Source of the DNA: an uncultured delta proteobacterium
Lineage (GTDB): Bacteria; Desulfobacterota; Binatia; Binatales; Binataceae
Assembly: GCA_963808235.1 (NCBI GenBank)
Contig: CAWEEQ010000004.1
Location: 3,168,001 to 3,232,000, forward strand
Length of the DNA stretch: 64,000 nucleotides
Reading direction: 5' to 3'
Positions 7,550 through 17,376 of the stretch are shown here, in pieces. Both the position numbers and the translations under genes were made by a program. How positions within the stretch are numbered: position 1 is the first letter of the stretch; the number at the start of each line of letters is the position of its first letter. The notes beneath the pieces are model-generated. The model did not search any database. It saw only the letters and a program-made list of their open reading frames with translations, and was not told the DNA's origin.

Positions 7550-10123
7550 TTAGCCGCCCCGGCAGCCGTCGCCGGCGTACCAGACCTTGCCCTTCACGGC
7601 CCAACTGCTGCCGGGGTAGCGGCGATGGAGCAGACCGAACGCCGACTTCGCCAACGTTGTGCCATCGCTGTTCGAGCATCCGAGGTGCACGGCCCGGAGG
7701 CATTGATAGAGCGCCTCGGGAGCGCGGTCGTCGTTCGGAGACTGACGCTTGGCCTGTTCGATCGCCTCTGAGCAAAGAAAGTTCGGAGCGTTTATCGCCG
7801 ATAGCTTCTGCCATTCGTCATCGGCTGATTTCCTTTCCGCCGCCGACAGAAAGCTCGGATACGTTTGGATCTGCAGGTTCTGACTGACTCCCGAGGGCCA
7901 CCAGTTGTCGCGAAGGGAGTCGATCTCGTCAAGCGATGTAATTCTGCCGGGACCCCGGTCAACGTAAAACCGCAAGCCCGGATTTTGAAGCATCATGTAG
8001 GCGGCCGCGAAGCGCTGCGCATCCGGGTTCTTCGCGTCGAGCCACGAATCGATTGACGGCTTGAGTTTCGGAACAGCTTCCATCACCGCGGGCGCGAGCT
8101 CTCGCGCTGCCGCTTCATTGCCGAGCAGAATCGCCCTGATGAAGGTGGCGAGCGCGACCTGTCCGCGCAGCCGCGATGGCAGCGTCTGGCTATCCGCAGC
8201 CTGCATCAGCACGCTCAGCGGGAGCCATCGGGTCAACGCGCCTGCGCCATCGTCGTCGAACAGCGGTCCCGCCGCGAGTTCCTTCAGAGATTGCCCGCTC
8301 GGGTCGTCGAGATTCGAGGGAAGCTCTTCACCATCGCCATCATCGGTGAATCCGAGCGGCGTGCGCGGCGCGTACTTGAGCAGCTCGGCGAGATTGCGGG
8401 CCACGCTCATACGGAGGCGCGTAAGTTCGTTCACCGTCGAGCGCGGCAGTTGATCGCGCGTGGCGAGGATCGCGTCGAGCTTCTCCCGCGCCTCATCGGT
8501 CTTACCGAGTCCGATCTGGAGCCGCGCGATGTGGTAGGTGGTCGTCGCATATGCCGGCGAGCCGGGCTTTACTTTTTCTGCCGACTCGATCAGCGCCGGC
8601 GCGTTCGGGTCTGAGGCGGGGATTTCCGAAATAGCTGCTACCAGCCAAGGTAACGACGAGGTCTTTTTCCACTTCTGGATCGAGTGCGCGATCGCGGCGG
8701 TGTCGGAATAAGGAGCGGGAGGGTTGCCAGTGTCAGCGACGTGAAGAGTCGAGATCCAATCAGTGAGATCGTCGCTGGGAGGATTCTCATTTTTCGGGCC
8801 GTGCGCGAGCATCCAGATGTAGTCGCTGACATCCTGCTTGAGCACCTCGGCGGAGGTGGGCAGCAAGACTGCGCGCGCCAGCTCCTGCTCGCGCTGCATC
8901 GGATGCAACTGCGCATCGACAAAGCCCAGCAATCGTTGTGCGACATGCTTGACGCTGGCCTCATCGGAGGTGGCGACGATCTTGTTCAATTGCGCTTCCG
9001 CCTCGGCCAGCATCGCAACGTCATTTTTCTCGGCAGACAGCGTTGCCTTACGTATCGTCGCCCTCGCAATCAGATATGGCGCGAGCTGCCGCCACGGCGA
9101 TGAAGGATCGGCGGCTATCGCCGCGAACATCTTCGCCGCGGTATCGAAGTTGCCGCTGTAGAAATTTGCGCATGCGATCTGATACGCGCGCTGCGCCTGC
9201 TCGAACGGCGTACCGCCGGTGAGTGGCTGCGGAATGTCAGGAGTGGCGAGGGGTGTTGGATTCGCCCCAGAAAACGGCGCATTCCCGCACGCGATCAAAG
9301 CCTCGTTCTGCTCATCGACCCATTGCTTCACTTTGGGGTTCGACGCGCCCAAATCACGAATCATGGCGTCGAGCTGGGCTGTCACCGTCTGAAACTTCCT
9401 TGCCCTGCAGTTATCCCCCTCTCCGAACGATCCCGGCGCTACGACGCCCGGGACCTCTTTGCACGTCTCCGTCCATTCCTCGACCGCTTTGGACCATTCC
9501 TGGGAGTCCTCGGCAAGCGTCGGCAGGGCACCGGAACAGTTGTTGAATACCTGATCCTGCGCGCCCACCCATTGCTTCACCTGCGGACTCGACAGGCCGA
9601 ACTTTCCGATCATCGTATCGAGCGTGGCCGCTGCCGTATGGAAAGAGCTGTCATTGCAGTTGGCGTAGTCAAACGATCCATATTCCGCCGGGGCTTGGCG
9701 ATTGACGTCGATTTCTTTGATACCTTCAACGCCAGGAACCTTGTTGTGTGCCGCAATCCATTCGGAAGTAACTTTGCCGGCGTTTTGCTCTTCCTCCGTC
9801 AATTGGGACGATCCCGCCGGAGGCTTTCCCAAACCCAGCCAATCGTTCCAAAGGGAGACTATCGCCTTCTGCTCGGGCGCATCGAAGCCGGGTCCGGCGA
9901 GATACCGATACGCGACATACAGATACGAGCGGTCCCAGGTCGGCTTGATTATTCCAAGCCGCCCGGCGGCGAACTGATCGAATGGCAGGTCGGGATGGAT
10001 GTGCGATTCGAACAACGCAATCACTGAATGAACCCCGCTCGCGCCGGACCAGCCCCACAATGAAGCCGAGCTGAGCAGCGTCGCTGCAGCAAGGACAATC
10101 GCAATCGCTCGCCGAACCCTCAT
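7550..10123 (-). CDS. Large exported alpha-helical (TPR-like) Cys-containing hypothetical protein
   Basis: ATG at 10123 overlaps the upstream TGA; signal peptide MRVRRAIAIVLAAATLLSSASLWG; AYQIACANFYSGNFD and C-terminal RAPEALY...LHRRYPGSSWA. Confidence 0.8.
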   Translation of the reverse strand: MRVRRAIAIVLAAATLLSSASLWGWSGASGVHSVIALFESHIHPDLPFDQFAAGRLGIIKPTWDRSYLYVAYRYLAGPGFDAPEQKAIVSLWNDWLGLGKPPAGSSQLTEEEQNAGKVTSEWIAAHNKVPGVEGIKEIDVNRQAPAEYGSFDYANCNDSSFHTAAATLDTMIGKFGLSSPQVKQWVGAQDQVFNNCSGALPTLAEDSQEWSKAVEEWTETCKEVPGVVAPGSFGEGDNCRARKFQTVTAQLDAMIRDLGASNPKVKQWVDEQNEALIACGNAPFSGANPTPLATPDIPQPLTGGTPFEQAQRAYQIACANFYSGNFDTAAKMFAAIAADPSSPWRQLAPYLIARATIRKATLSAEKNDVAMLAEAEAQLNKIVATSDEASVKHVAQRLLGFVDAQLHPMQREQELARAVLLPTSAEVLKQDVSDYIWMLAHGPKNENPPSDDLTDWISTLHVADTGNPPAPYSDTAAIAHSIQKWKKTSSLPWLVAAISEIPASDPNAPALIESAEKVKPGSPAYATTTYHIARLQIGLGKTDEAREKLDAILATRDQLPRSTVNELTRLRMSVARNLAELLKYAPRTPLGFTDDGDGEELPSNLDDPSGQSLKELAAGPLFDDDGAGALTRWLPLSVLMQAADSQTLPSRLRGQVALATFIRAILLGNEAAARELAPAVMEAVPKLKPSIDSWLDAKNPDAQRFAAAYMMLQNPGLRFYVDRGPGRITSLDEIDSLRDNWWPSGVSQNLQIQTYPSFLSAAERKSADDEWQKLSAINAPNFLCSEAIEQAKRQSPNDDRAPEALYQCLRAVHLGCSNSDGTTLAKSAFGLLHRRYPGSSWAVKGKVWYAGDGCRGG

Positions 10124-10932
10124 TTCGCGACTTCTCCAATCGCGTTGCGCACCTCTTCGGCCGTCCATGGATGCGGCGAGAACAGGTACACCCGCTTTCC
10201 CGCGGCAAGACCCGAAATTTGCGCGTCGAGTGACAGGCCAACGCTGTTGCGGCTCACGACCGGCACGAACTGGCCGCCGTTGCGAAGATAAGCCGTCACC
10301 TCGCCTGCGTCCGGACCCATCCGGTAGAGCATCGGAACGGCCTCATCGACGGGCAGCCCGGAGATCCAGTCATCATCGAGACACCATGAGGCGAGCGCGG
10401 TCATGGAAAGCGGTATCGAAGACGGCATCCGGTCGCGAACATCAGTCAGAAGGTCACTGTAGAAAGATCGCTCCGACCGGCGCGCGTCGAAATCGATCTG
10501 GATTGCGGCGGGCGAAGTGCGTACCAGTCCGGCGATGATTCGAGCGGCTTCACCGCGCTGCGAAGCCGACAAGGTCGGCGGCAAGCGTCGATCGATCTCG
10601 ATGCGCACCACCGCTATCAGGATCGTACGCGCCGGCACCGTCAAAGGCTGGAACCGCGGGCGAACGATGACGTCATCGCCACTGAGATCGAGCGTGCGCG
10701 CGAGATATGCAACGGCGGTTTTGTCGGGATCAATGAAAGCGAGGTTCTCGCGCCGTTCCCACGCCCATAAGATGACGCGGGGCATACGGCTCATCTGATC
10801 GGCGCGAGCGGAGCGATGTGCCGGCAGCGTGTCCGATGCGCCGGCCAACAGCGCGGCGAGCACGATCGCCATCTTGACCGTGCTATAAGGACTCGCCTTG
10901 CTAAGCAAGTTGTGGCCGCTGCGTGTCACCAT
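10120..10932 (-). CDS. DUF3142-like protein (GH18-like IQIDFD motif)
   Basis: VILWAWER, AIQIDFDA, LSMTALASWC, VDEAVPMLYRMG; start uncertain (ATG 10932 or 10872). Confidence 0.7.
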   Translation of the reverse strand: MVTRSGHNLLSKASPYSTVKMAIVLAALLAGASDTLPAHRSARADQMSRMPRVILWAWERRENLAFIDPDKTAVAYLARTLDLSGDDVIVRPRFQPLTVPARTILIAVVRIEIDRRLPPTLSASQRGEAARIIAGLVRTSPAAIQIDFDARRSERSFYSDLLTDVRDRMPSSIPLSMTALASWCLDDDWISGLPVDEAVPMLYRMGPDAGEVTAYLRNGGQFVPVVSRNSVGLSLDAQISGLAAGKRVYLFSPHPWTAEEVRNAIGEVAK

Positions 10933-10993
10933 GTTATCGACTAATCGCGCCAATCTTAGTGCAGTCGCTGAATCCTGCCGAGTGTCCCATCGT

Positions 10994-13333
10994 ATGAGAC
11001 AGTCGGTGGCTAATATACGGATCGTCACAATGTTGGTTGCGGTGTTGATTGGCGCCCCGCTGATATCGGCTTGTCGGGCGACAGGTCCACGTACGCCTGG
11101 AGCTGTAGCTTCGTCGTGGCTGATGCTCGGGCACGATCGCGCGCATACCGGCCGGAGCGATTTCGATACCAGCGCAAATCCCGGTGCGCAGAAGTGGAGG
11201 TTCTCGACCGGCGGCAGCGTGGCCTCGCCGGCCATCGGCAGCGACGGCACGATTTACGCCGGTTCCACTGACTTCAGCCTCTACGCAGTTGCCCCCGACG
11301 GAACGCGGAAGTGGGCGCTCACGACCGACAACGCCGTTGGCGCGCCGGCGATCGCCGCCGACGGGACCATCTACGTCGGCGTCGGTGAGAACCTCTATGC
11401 GGTAAATCCCAACGGCACAAAGAAGTGGGCATTCGCTATCGGTGACGCGTCGAGAGCCGCGCCGACGATTGCCACAGATGGAACCATCTACGTCAGCGCC
11501 GGTGAGAACCTGTATTCGGTAGATCCTAACGGCAAGCTGAAGTGGAAATTCGCCGTCAACTACGCGACGCAGTCCTCGCCAGCGATCGGCGCCGATGGCA
11601 CCGTTTACGTCGGCTCTGGCGACGGCAACCTGTACGCGGTCAATCCGGACGGCGCGCAAAAGTGGGCATTCGCAACTGGCAGTTTTGTCGACTCCTCGCC
11701 GGCGATCGGCACCGACGGCACTATTTACGTAGGCTCAGGTTATCCCAAAGCCAACCTGTATGCGGTGAGCCCTGATGGCACCCCCAAGTGGGCATTTGCA
11801 ACTGCCGCTGGCGCGAGTTTCTCTTCGCCGGCGATTGGCGCCGACGGCAGCGTTTACGTCGGCTCCTACGACGGACGCCTTTACGCGATAAACCGGGACG
11901 GAACGAAGAAGTGGGCGCTGGCAGCTGGCGTGATTGAGAATTCCGCGCCGGCCATCGGCGCGGACGGCACCATCTACGTTGGCTCCGACGACTACAATCT
12001 GTACGCGATAAGCTCTGACGGTTCCAAGAAATGGACGCTCGCCACTGGCAGCGGCCTACATTCCTCGCCGGCGATCGGAGCCGATGGAACCATCTACATC
12101 GGCTCCGGTGACAACAACCTCTATGCTGTCGGCGTCGCCGCTCCGCAGCCCGCGCCCGCCAAAATTCCCGCGACTACAGGCCCGGCATGGCCGATGTTCC
12201 ATCACGATCGCGCGCATACCGGCCGGAGCGATTTCGACACCAGCGCCAACCCAGGAATTCTGAAATGGACGTTGGCGATTGGCGGTGTGCAATCGTTCTA
12301 CTATATGAGCCCTTCGCCGGTGATCGGTGCCGATGGCACCATTTACATAGGTTCCGGAGATCACAGCCTATACGCGGTAAACCGCGACGGCTCGCGGAAG
12401 TGGAAGTTCGCAACCGGGGGTCTTGCGGGTTCGCCGGCGCTTGGCGTCGACGGCACCATCTACGTCGATTCCGATGACCACAACCTCTACGCACTCAACC
12501 CCGACGGCTCGCGGAAGTGGGCGTTCGCAACCGGCACCGGCGCGAACGAGTCATTAGACTCGTGTGCGGACGCGCCAGCCGTCGGTGCGGACGGCGTCAT
12601 TTACGTCGGCACTCGTGGGAAGCTCTACGCGGTCAACCCCAACGGCACCCTGAAATGGACCTTTGCGCCGAGTGAATTCAGTACTTTCTCTACGCCGGCG
12701 ATCGGCGCCGACGGGACCATCTACGTGGGCTCCAGCTACTATTACAACGGCGCCCGCACCACCAGCGGGCGCATGTACGCGCTACACCCAGACGGCACTT
12801 TGAAGTGGGAATTTGCGGCTCCTCACACTCTTGAACCTTCCTCGCCGGCGATCGGCTCGGATGGCACCATTTACATCGGATCGAGTGATTTCAACCTCTA
12901 CGCGGTGAACCCCGACGGCAGCCAGAAATGGAAATTCACGGCCGGCAAGTTCGATAGCGCTAAGGGTGATAGTGGCCTGTACTCCTCGCCGGCTATCGGC
13001 GCCGATGGGACAATTTACGTTGGCTCATGGGACTATAACCTCTACGCGGTAAAGGCGGATGGCACTCTGAAATGGAAGTTTGCCGCTGGCAATCCGGTGT
13101 TCTCCTCGCCGGCGATTAGCGCCGACGGCACCATTTACTTTGGCTCCAGCAATGACCGGCACCTTTACGCGGTAAACCCCGACGGGCGGCTTAAGTGGAA
13201 ATTCACAACCGGCGTCATTCTACCGATCAATTCCTCGCCGGCGATCGGGGCCGATGGCACCATCTACTTCGGCTCCGATGACGGCCATCTCTACGCCGTC
13301 GGCGCTGCCGCCAGATCGCAACCGTCCAAATGA
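10994..13333 (+). CDS. PQQ-type beta-propeller repeat lipoprotein with two tandem propellers
   Basis: Many SSPAIGADGTIYVGSxDxNLYAVNPDGxxKW repeats; lipobox-like LISA-C; two WxMxxHDRAHTGRS heads. Confidence 0.88.
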   Translation: MRQSVANIRIVTMLVAVLIGAPLISACRATGPRTPGAVASSWLMLGHDRAHTGRSDFDTSANPGAQKWRFSTGGSVASPAIGSDGTIYAGSTDFSLYAVAPDGTRKWALTTDNAVGAPAIAADGTIYVGVGENLYAVNPNGTKKWAFAIGDASRAAPTIATDGTIYVSAGENLYSVDPNGKLKWKFAVNYATQSSPAIGADGTVYVGSGDGNLYAVNPDGAQKWAFATGSFVDSSPAIGTDGTIYVGSGYPKANLYAVSPDGTPKWAFATAAGASFSSPAIGADGSVYVGSYDGRLYAINRDGTKKWALAAGVIENSAPAIGADGTIYVGSDDYNLYAISSDGSKKWTLATGSGLHSSPAIGADGTIYIGSGDNNLYAVGVAAPQPAPAKIPATTGPAWPMFHHDRAHTGRSDFDTSANPGILKWTLAIGGVQSFYYMSPSPVIGADGTIYIGSGDHSLYAVNRDGSRKWKFATGGLAGSPALGVDGTIYVDSDDHNLYALNPDGSRKWAFATGTGANESLDSCADAPAVGADGVIYVGTRGKLYAVNPNGTLKWTFAPSEFSTFSTPAIGADGTIYVGSSYYYNGARTTSGRMYALHPDGTLKWEFAAPHTLEPSSPAIGSDGTIYIGSSDFNLYAVNPDGSQKWKFTAGKFDSAKGDSGLYSSPAIGADGTIYVGSWDYNLYAVKADGTLKWKFAAGNPVFSSPAISADGTIYFGSSNDRHLYAVNPDGRLKWKFTTGVILPINSSPAIGADGTIYFGSDDGHLYAVGAAARSQPSK

Positions 13334-13361
13334 CCGCGACGGTCGGGACCTGCCGATGCGC

Positions 13362-14447
13362 TCACGCGGCTTTGCGGCCGCCTGCGTATTCCTTGCGATA
13401 GACCTGGAGCAGTGAGGCGAAGATCGACATGATCGCCGGGCCGAGGAACAGGCCGAGCGGCCCGTACGCCTCGAGTCCGCCGAGGATTCCCAAGAACAGC
13501 GCGAGCGTTGGCAGCCCCGTGCCATGGCGCATCGCAAGCGGCTTGATGAAGTTGTCGATCACCGCGAGCGCGACCGAGCACCAGATTATCAGCCCGACCG
13601 CCGCCGACCATCCCGACGCGAGCCCAAGGTAAAGCGTCGCCGGTATCCAGATCAGCGCCGTGCCGCCGATCGGCATCAGGCCCGCCGCCGCCGACGCGAT
13701 TGCAAGAAACAGCCAATACGGCATCCCAAAGATCAGCATGCCGAGCCCAATGGTCACCCCTTGCAGCACCGCGGTCAGCATCAGGCCGCGCATCACGGAG
13801 GAGAGCGTCGCGCGCAGGGTGTCGAAGATCGCCTTCTTGTCGTCCTCATGCAGTGGGGTCAGGTCCTGCAGAGCCTTGTAGTAGTAGTCGCCGTCGCGCA
13901 GCAGGTAGAAGAACACCAGCAACGTGATCCCGAAATCGACGATGAACCCGAGCACATTTTTCGCGGCCTGGGTCGCGTTCTTGGCTACGTAGTTGCTGGT
14001 TATCTGCGCCGCTTGCAGGGTCAGCTTGGGCAGCTCCTCGTCGAGCTTGTAACCGTGCTCGGCCATTTTTTTTGCGATCCATGCGCCGAGATCGGTATGG
14101 ACGGCCCAGTCGTGCAGCTTCGACACTTCGCCGCTGCTCACCATCTGCGTGGCCTGTGCGTAAAGCGTCTGCCCCTCGACCACGAGACGGCCCGAGGCCC
14201 AGATGGCAGGCAGCACGACCAGGAGCCCGACGATGACGCTGATTATCGCCGTCGAGAGCGATCGCCGCTTGACGTATTTCTCGACTTCGATCAGCGCTGG
14301 ATGCGCGATGAAGGCGAGCAGGATTCCCCACGCAAAGGGGTACAGAAACGGCAGGATCAGTTCGTACAGCTCATAGGCCATCACGGCCAGAAAGCCGAAG
14401 AAGAAGAGCTGCACGACCCGCTCGCGATCCATCGTAGGGGCAGCCAT
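13362..14447 (-). CDS. AI-2E / PerM family transporter
   Basis: FFYLLRDG, PIGGTALIWIP, IDNFIKP, GPLGLFLGP; start approximate. Confidence 0.88.
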   Translation of the reverse strand: MAAPTMDRERVVQLFFFGFLAVMAYELYELILPFLYPFAWGILLAFIAHPALIEVEKYVKRRSLSTAIISVIVGLLVVLPAIWASGRLVVEGQTLYAQATQMVSSGEVSKLHDWAVHTDLGAWIAKKMAEHGYKLDEELPKLTLQAAQITSNYVAKNATQAAKNVLGFIVDFGITLLVFFYLLRDGDYYYKALQDLTPLHEDDKKAIFDTLRATLSSVMRGLMLTAVLQGVTIGLGMLIFGMPYWLFLAIASAAAGLMPIGGTALIWIPATLYLGLASGWSAAVGLIIWCSVALAVIDNFIKPLAMRHGTGLPTLALFLGILGGLEAYGPLGLFLGPAIMSIFASLLQVYRKEYAGGRKAA

Positions 14448-14661
14448 AACGCGCGAGAGCCTAGCAAATCGGCTCGCGATGGTCGCCTCCGGCAATTATC
14501 GTGATAGGATATCCCTCGTGAGCTGCGTGTATCTTTCGAGAACCTCGAAACACCGCCCGAGCGCGATTCTTCGGTTGCCCGCGCGGGCGGGATCGGTTAC
14601 CGTTTGCGTTTGCTTGGGATGCCTATTCAATACGCCTCGTTTCAATACACCTCGCACGTGA

Positions 14662-14736
14662 AGGCACGTAGCTCAGTAGTAGAGCGCTTCCCTGACACGG
14701 AAGAGGTCGGCGGTTCAATCCCGCCCGTGCCTACCA
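14662..14736 (+). tRNA. tRNA-Val (GAC)
   Basis: Acceptor stem AGGCACG/CGTGCCT-A-CCA; anticodon arm CTTCC-CTGACAC-GGAAG; T loop TTCAATC. Confidence 0.95.
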
Positions 14737-14832
14737 AGTCCGTGCTCATCGCCGCGCATTTGAACCCGCCCGTTTATTTCACATGCGCTTGAATTCGATC
14801 TGTACCCCGCTATGCCTGGACACCTCTCGTAA

Positions 14833-16773
14833 ATGCCTTCCGAGATAACCGTAAAACTAAACGGCCAGCCGCGTGTCGTGCCGCATGGCATTATCGTTCG
14901 CGACCTGATGCGCGATATTCCGAGCAAAGACCTGGTCGCGGCCAGCGTTGACGGCAAGGTGGTCGATCTGACCGCCAAGCTCGAGCATGACGCAATCGTC
15001 GAGCCGGTGCTGGCTGACTCAGTGGAGGGGCTCGAGGTCATCCGGCATTCGACCGCACATCTGATGGCGATGGCGGTGCAATCGCTCTATCCGGGCACCC
15101 AGGTCACGATTGGCCCGGTCATCGAGGACGGCTTCTTCTACGACTTCGCGCCCAAGACGCCGTTCACGCTCGAGGACCTGCCGAAGATCGAAGCGAAGAT
15201 GCGAGAACTGGCGAAGGCCGATCATAAAATTCATCGCACCGAGGTCGCTCGCGAGGACGCGATCCGCGAATTCTCCTCGATGGGCGAGAATTACAAGGTC
15301 GAGATCATCCAGGGTATCGGCGACGCGCAGGTTTCGATCTACACACAGGGCGACTGGAAGGATCTGTGCCGCGGGCCGCACGTGCCCTCGACGCGCTACC
15401 TGAAGGCATTCAAGCTGACCAGCGTGGCCGGCGCGTATTGGCGCGGCGACGAGCACAATGCGATGCTCTCGCGAATCTACGGCACCGCGTTCGCGAGCAA
15501 AGAGGCACTCGACGAGCATCTGAAGATGCTCGAGTTGGCGCGCACTCGCGATCATCGCAAGCTTGGCCGCGAGATGGGTCTGTACATCTTCGATCCGATC
15601 TCGCCGGGCTCGCCGTTCTACCTGCCCAAGGGCACCATCATCTTCAATGAATTGATCGACTATATGCGCCGCCTCTACCGCCGCTATGGCTACGACGAAG
15701 TCGTCACGCCGCAGCTTTTCAAGAATGAGTTGTGGAATACGTCGGGACATTGGGAAAATTTTCGCGAGAACATGTACCTCGCGCCGGATCCCGAAGGAGA
15801 GACGCATAGCGTCGATCCCGGCCCCGAAGGATGGCATCAGGGATACGGCCTGAAGCCGATGAATTGCCCCGGCCATAACTTCGTCTACCGCGCCGAGAAG
15901 CGCTCGTATCGTGACTTGCCGATGCGCCTCGCGGAGTTCACCCGGCTACATCGCGCGGAGCGGTCGGGGACGCTGCACGGCCTGATTCGGGTGCGTGAGT
16001 TTTCGCAAGACGACGCGCACATCTACTGCCGCGAGGATCAGATCGAAGACGAAGTCGCCCTCAATCTCGAGATGGTTCGCGATGTCTACGGCGGGCTCGG
16101 CTTCGAACGCGTCGAGTTCAAGCTCGCGACGATGCCCGAGAAACATCTCGGCACCGAGGAACAGTGGCGGATGGCCGAGGCCAAGCTCGGCGACGCGATG
16201 AAGCGCAACGAAATCGCGTTCGAGATAAATCCGAAGGAAGGCGCCTTCTACGGCCCCAAGATCGAGATTTACTTGTCCGACGCGCTCAAGCGTAAGTGGC
16301 AGGTCGCGACGATACAGCTCGATTACAACGCGCCCGAGCGCTTCGACCTGACGTATACCTCAAGCGCGGGCACCGAAGAGCGTCCAGTGGTCATCCATCG
16401 CGCGATTATTGGCTCGGTCGAGCGATTCATCGGCGTGCTGATCGAGCATACCGGCGGCGTGCTTCCGTTCTGGCTCGCGCCCGAGCAGGCGCGAGTGCTG
16501 TCGCTCAGTGAAAAGGTCGAGGACTACGCCAAGGAAGTGACCGAGCTGCTGAGGCGCGAAGGATTTCGCGCCCACGCGGACATCCGCAACGAGAAGCTCG
16601 GCTTCAAAGTTCGCGAGGCGGAACTCGCCAAGGTGCCGTATATGGTCGTAGTGGGCGAGCGCGAAGCCGCGGATCGATCCGTGTCGCTGCGTCTGCTGCG
16701 CGGAGAAAAGAGCAATGCGATGCCGCTCACGGCGTTGATCGAACTATTAAAGAAGGAGCCGATCCCGGCTTAG
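14833..16773 (+). CDS. thrS: Threonine--tRNA ligase
   Basis: RHSTAHLMA, DLCRGPH, AGAYWRGD, RDHRKLG, KPMNCPGH, GAFYGPK. Confidence 0.98.
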   Translation: MPSEITVKLNGQPRVVPHGIIVRDLMRDIPSKDLVAASVDGKVVDLTAKLEHDAIVEPVLADSVEGLEVIRHSTAHLMAMAVQSLYPGTQVTIGPVIEDGFFYDFAPKTPFTLEDLPKIEAKMRELAKADHKIHRTEVAREDAIREFSSMGENYKVEIIQGIGDAQVSIYTQGDWKDLCRGPHVPSTRYLKAFKLTSVAGAYWRGDEHNAMLSRIYGTAFASKEALDEHLKMLELARTRDHRKLGREMGLYIFDPISPGSPFYLPKGTIIFNELIDYMRRLYRRYGYDEVVTPQLFKNELWNTSGHWENFRENMYLAPDPEGETHSVDPGPEGWHQGYGLKPMNCPGHNFVYRAEKRSYRDLPMRLAEFTRLHRAERSGTLHGLIRVREFSQDDAHIYCREDQIEDEVALNLEMVRDVYGGLGFERVEFKLATMPEKHLGTEEQWRMAEAKLGDAMKRNEIAFEINPKEGAFYGPKIEIYLSDALKRKWQVATIQLDYNAPERFDLTYTSSAGTEERPVVIHRAIIGSVERFIGVLIEHTGGVLPFWLAPEQARVLSLSEKVEDYAKEVTELLRREGFRAHADIRNEKLGFKVREAELAKVPYMVVVGEREAADRSVSLRLLRGEKSNAMPLTALIELLKKEPIPA

Positions 16774-16809
16774 AGATTTATCCGGCTACCAGGCCGGAGG
16801 AGGTGCTTT

Positions 16810-17343
16810 ATCCGAAGAGATTTCAGAACCCCGCCCTCACGAGAGCCCGCGATTCGCGTTAACAACCTGATCCGCGCTCAAGAAGTCCGCGTAATCGACG
16901 CCGACGGCAGCCAGGTGGGAATCCTGCCGCTGCGCGACGCAATCAAAGTCGCCGAGAGTCGCGGCCTCGATCTGGTCGAGGTTTCCGCGACCGCGACGCC
17001 GCCGGTGTGCAGGGTCACCGACTTCGACAAGTATCGCTACGCGCAGAAGAAGAAGTCGCACGACTCCAAGAAGCACACCATCAGTATGATCAAGGAAGTC
17101 AAGATGGGCTCGGCGACCGGGCTGCACGATGTCAACTTCAAAGTTAATCACATCAAGCGCTTTGTTGGAGACGGCCATCGTGTTAAGCTCACCGTTTCGT
17201 TCCGGGGCCGCGCGATTACCCATCCGGAGCTCGGACGGGCGCTGATCGAGAGAATCATCGCGCAGATAACGGACATAGCGCAGGCTGAAGGCACGCCGCG
17301 GATGGAAGGACGCAACATGTCCGTGCTGCTGACGCCGCGTTAG
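16810..17343 (+). CDS. infC: Translation initiation factor IF-3, non-canonical ATC start
   Basis: GGAGGAGGTG then ATC at 16810, in frame with IRVNNLIRAQEVRVID...GLDLVEVS..PPVCR...FRGR; located between thrS and rpmI. Confidence 0.93.
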   Translation: MRRDFRTPPSREPAIRVNNLIRAQEVRVIDADGSQVGILPLRDAIKVAESRGLDLVEVSATATPPVCRVTDFDKYRYAQKKKSHDSKKHTISMIKEVKMGSATGLHDVNFKVNHIKRFVGDGHRVKLTVSFRGRAITHPELGRALIERIIAQITDIAQAEGTPRMEGRNMSVLLTPR

Positions 17344-17376
17344 AAAATTTTTTAAGGAAAGTAAAATCAAGCGACC

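Noticed and set aside
11220-13300. Regular ~120-bp nucleotide repeats resembling a CRISPR or repeat array
   Set aside because: They are in-frame beta-propeller blade repeats with wobble variation; no unique spacers or cas genes.
14662-14830. tRNA-Val as an integration site
   Set aside because: No integrase and no duplicated tRNA 3' end seen; thrS follows directly.
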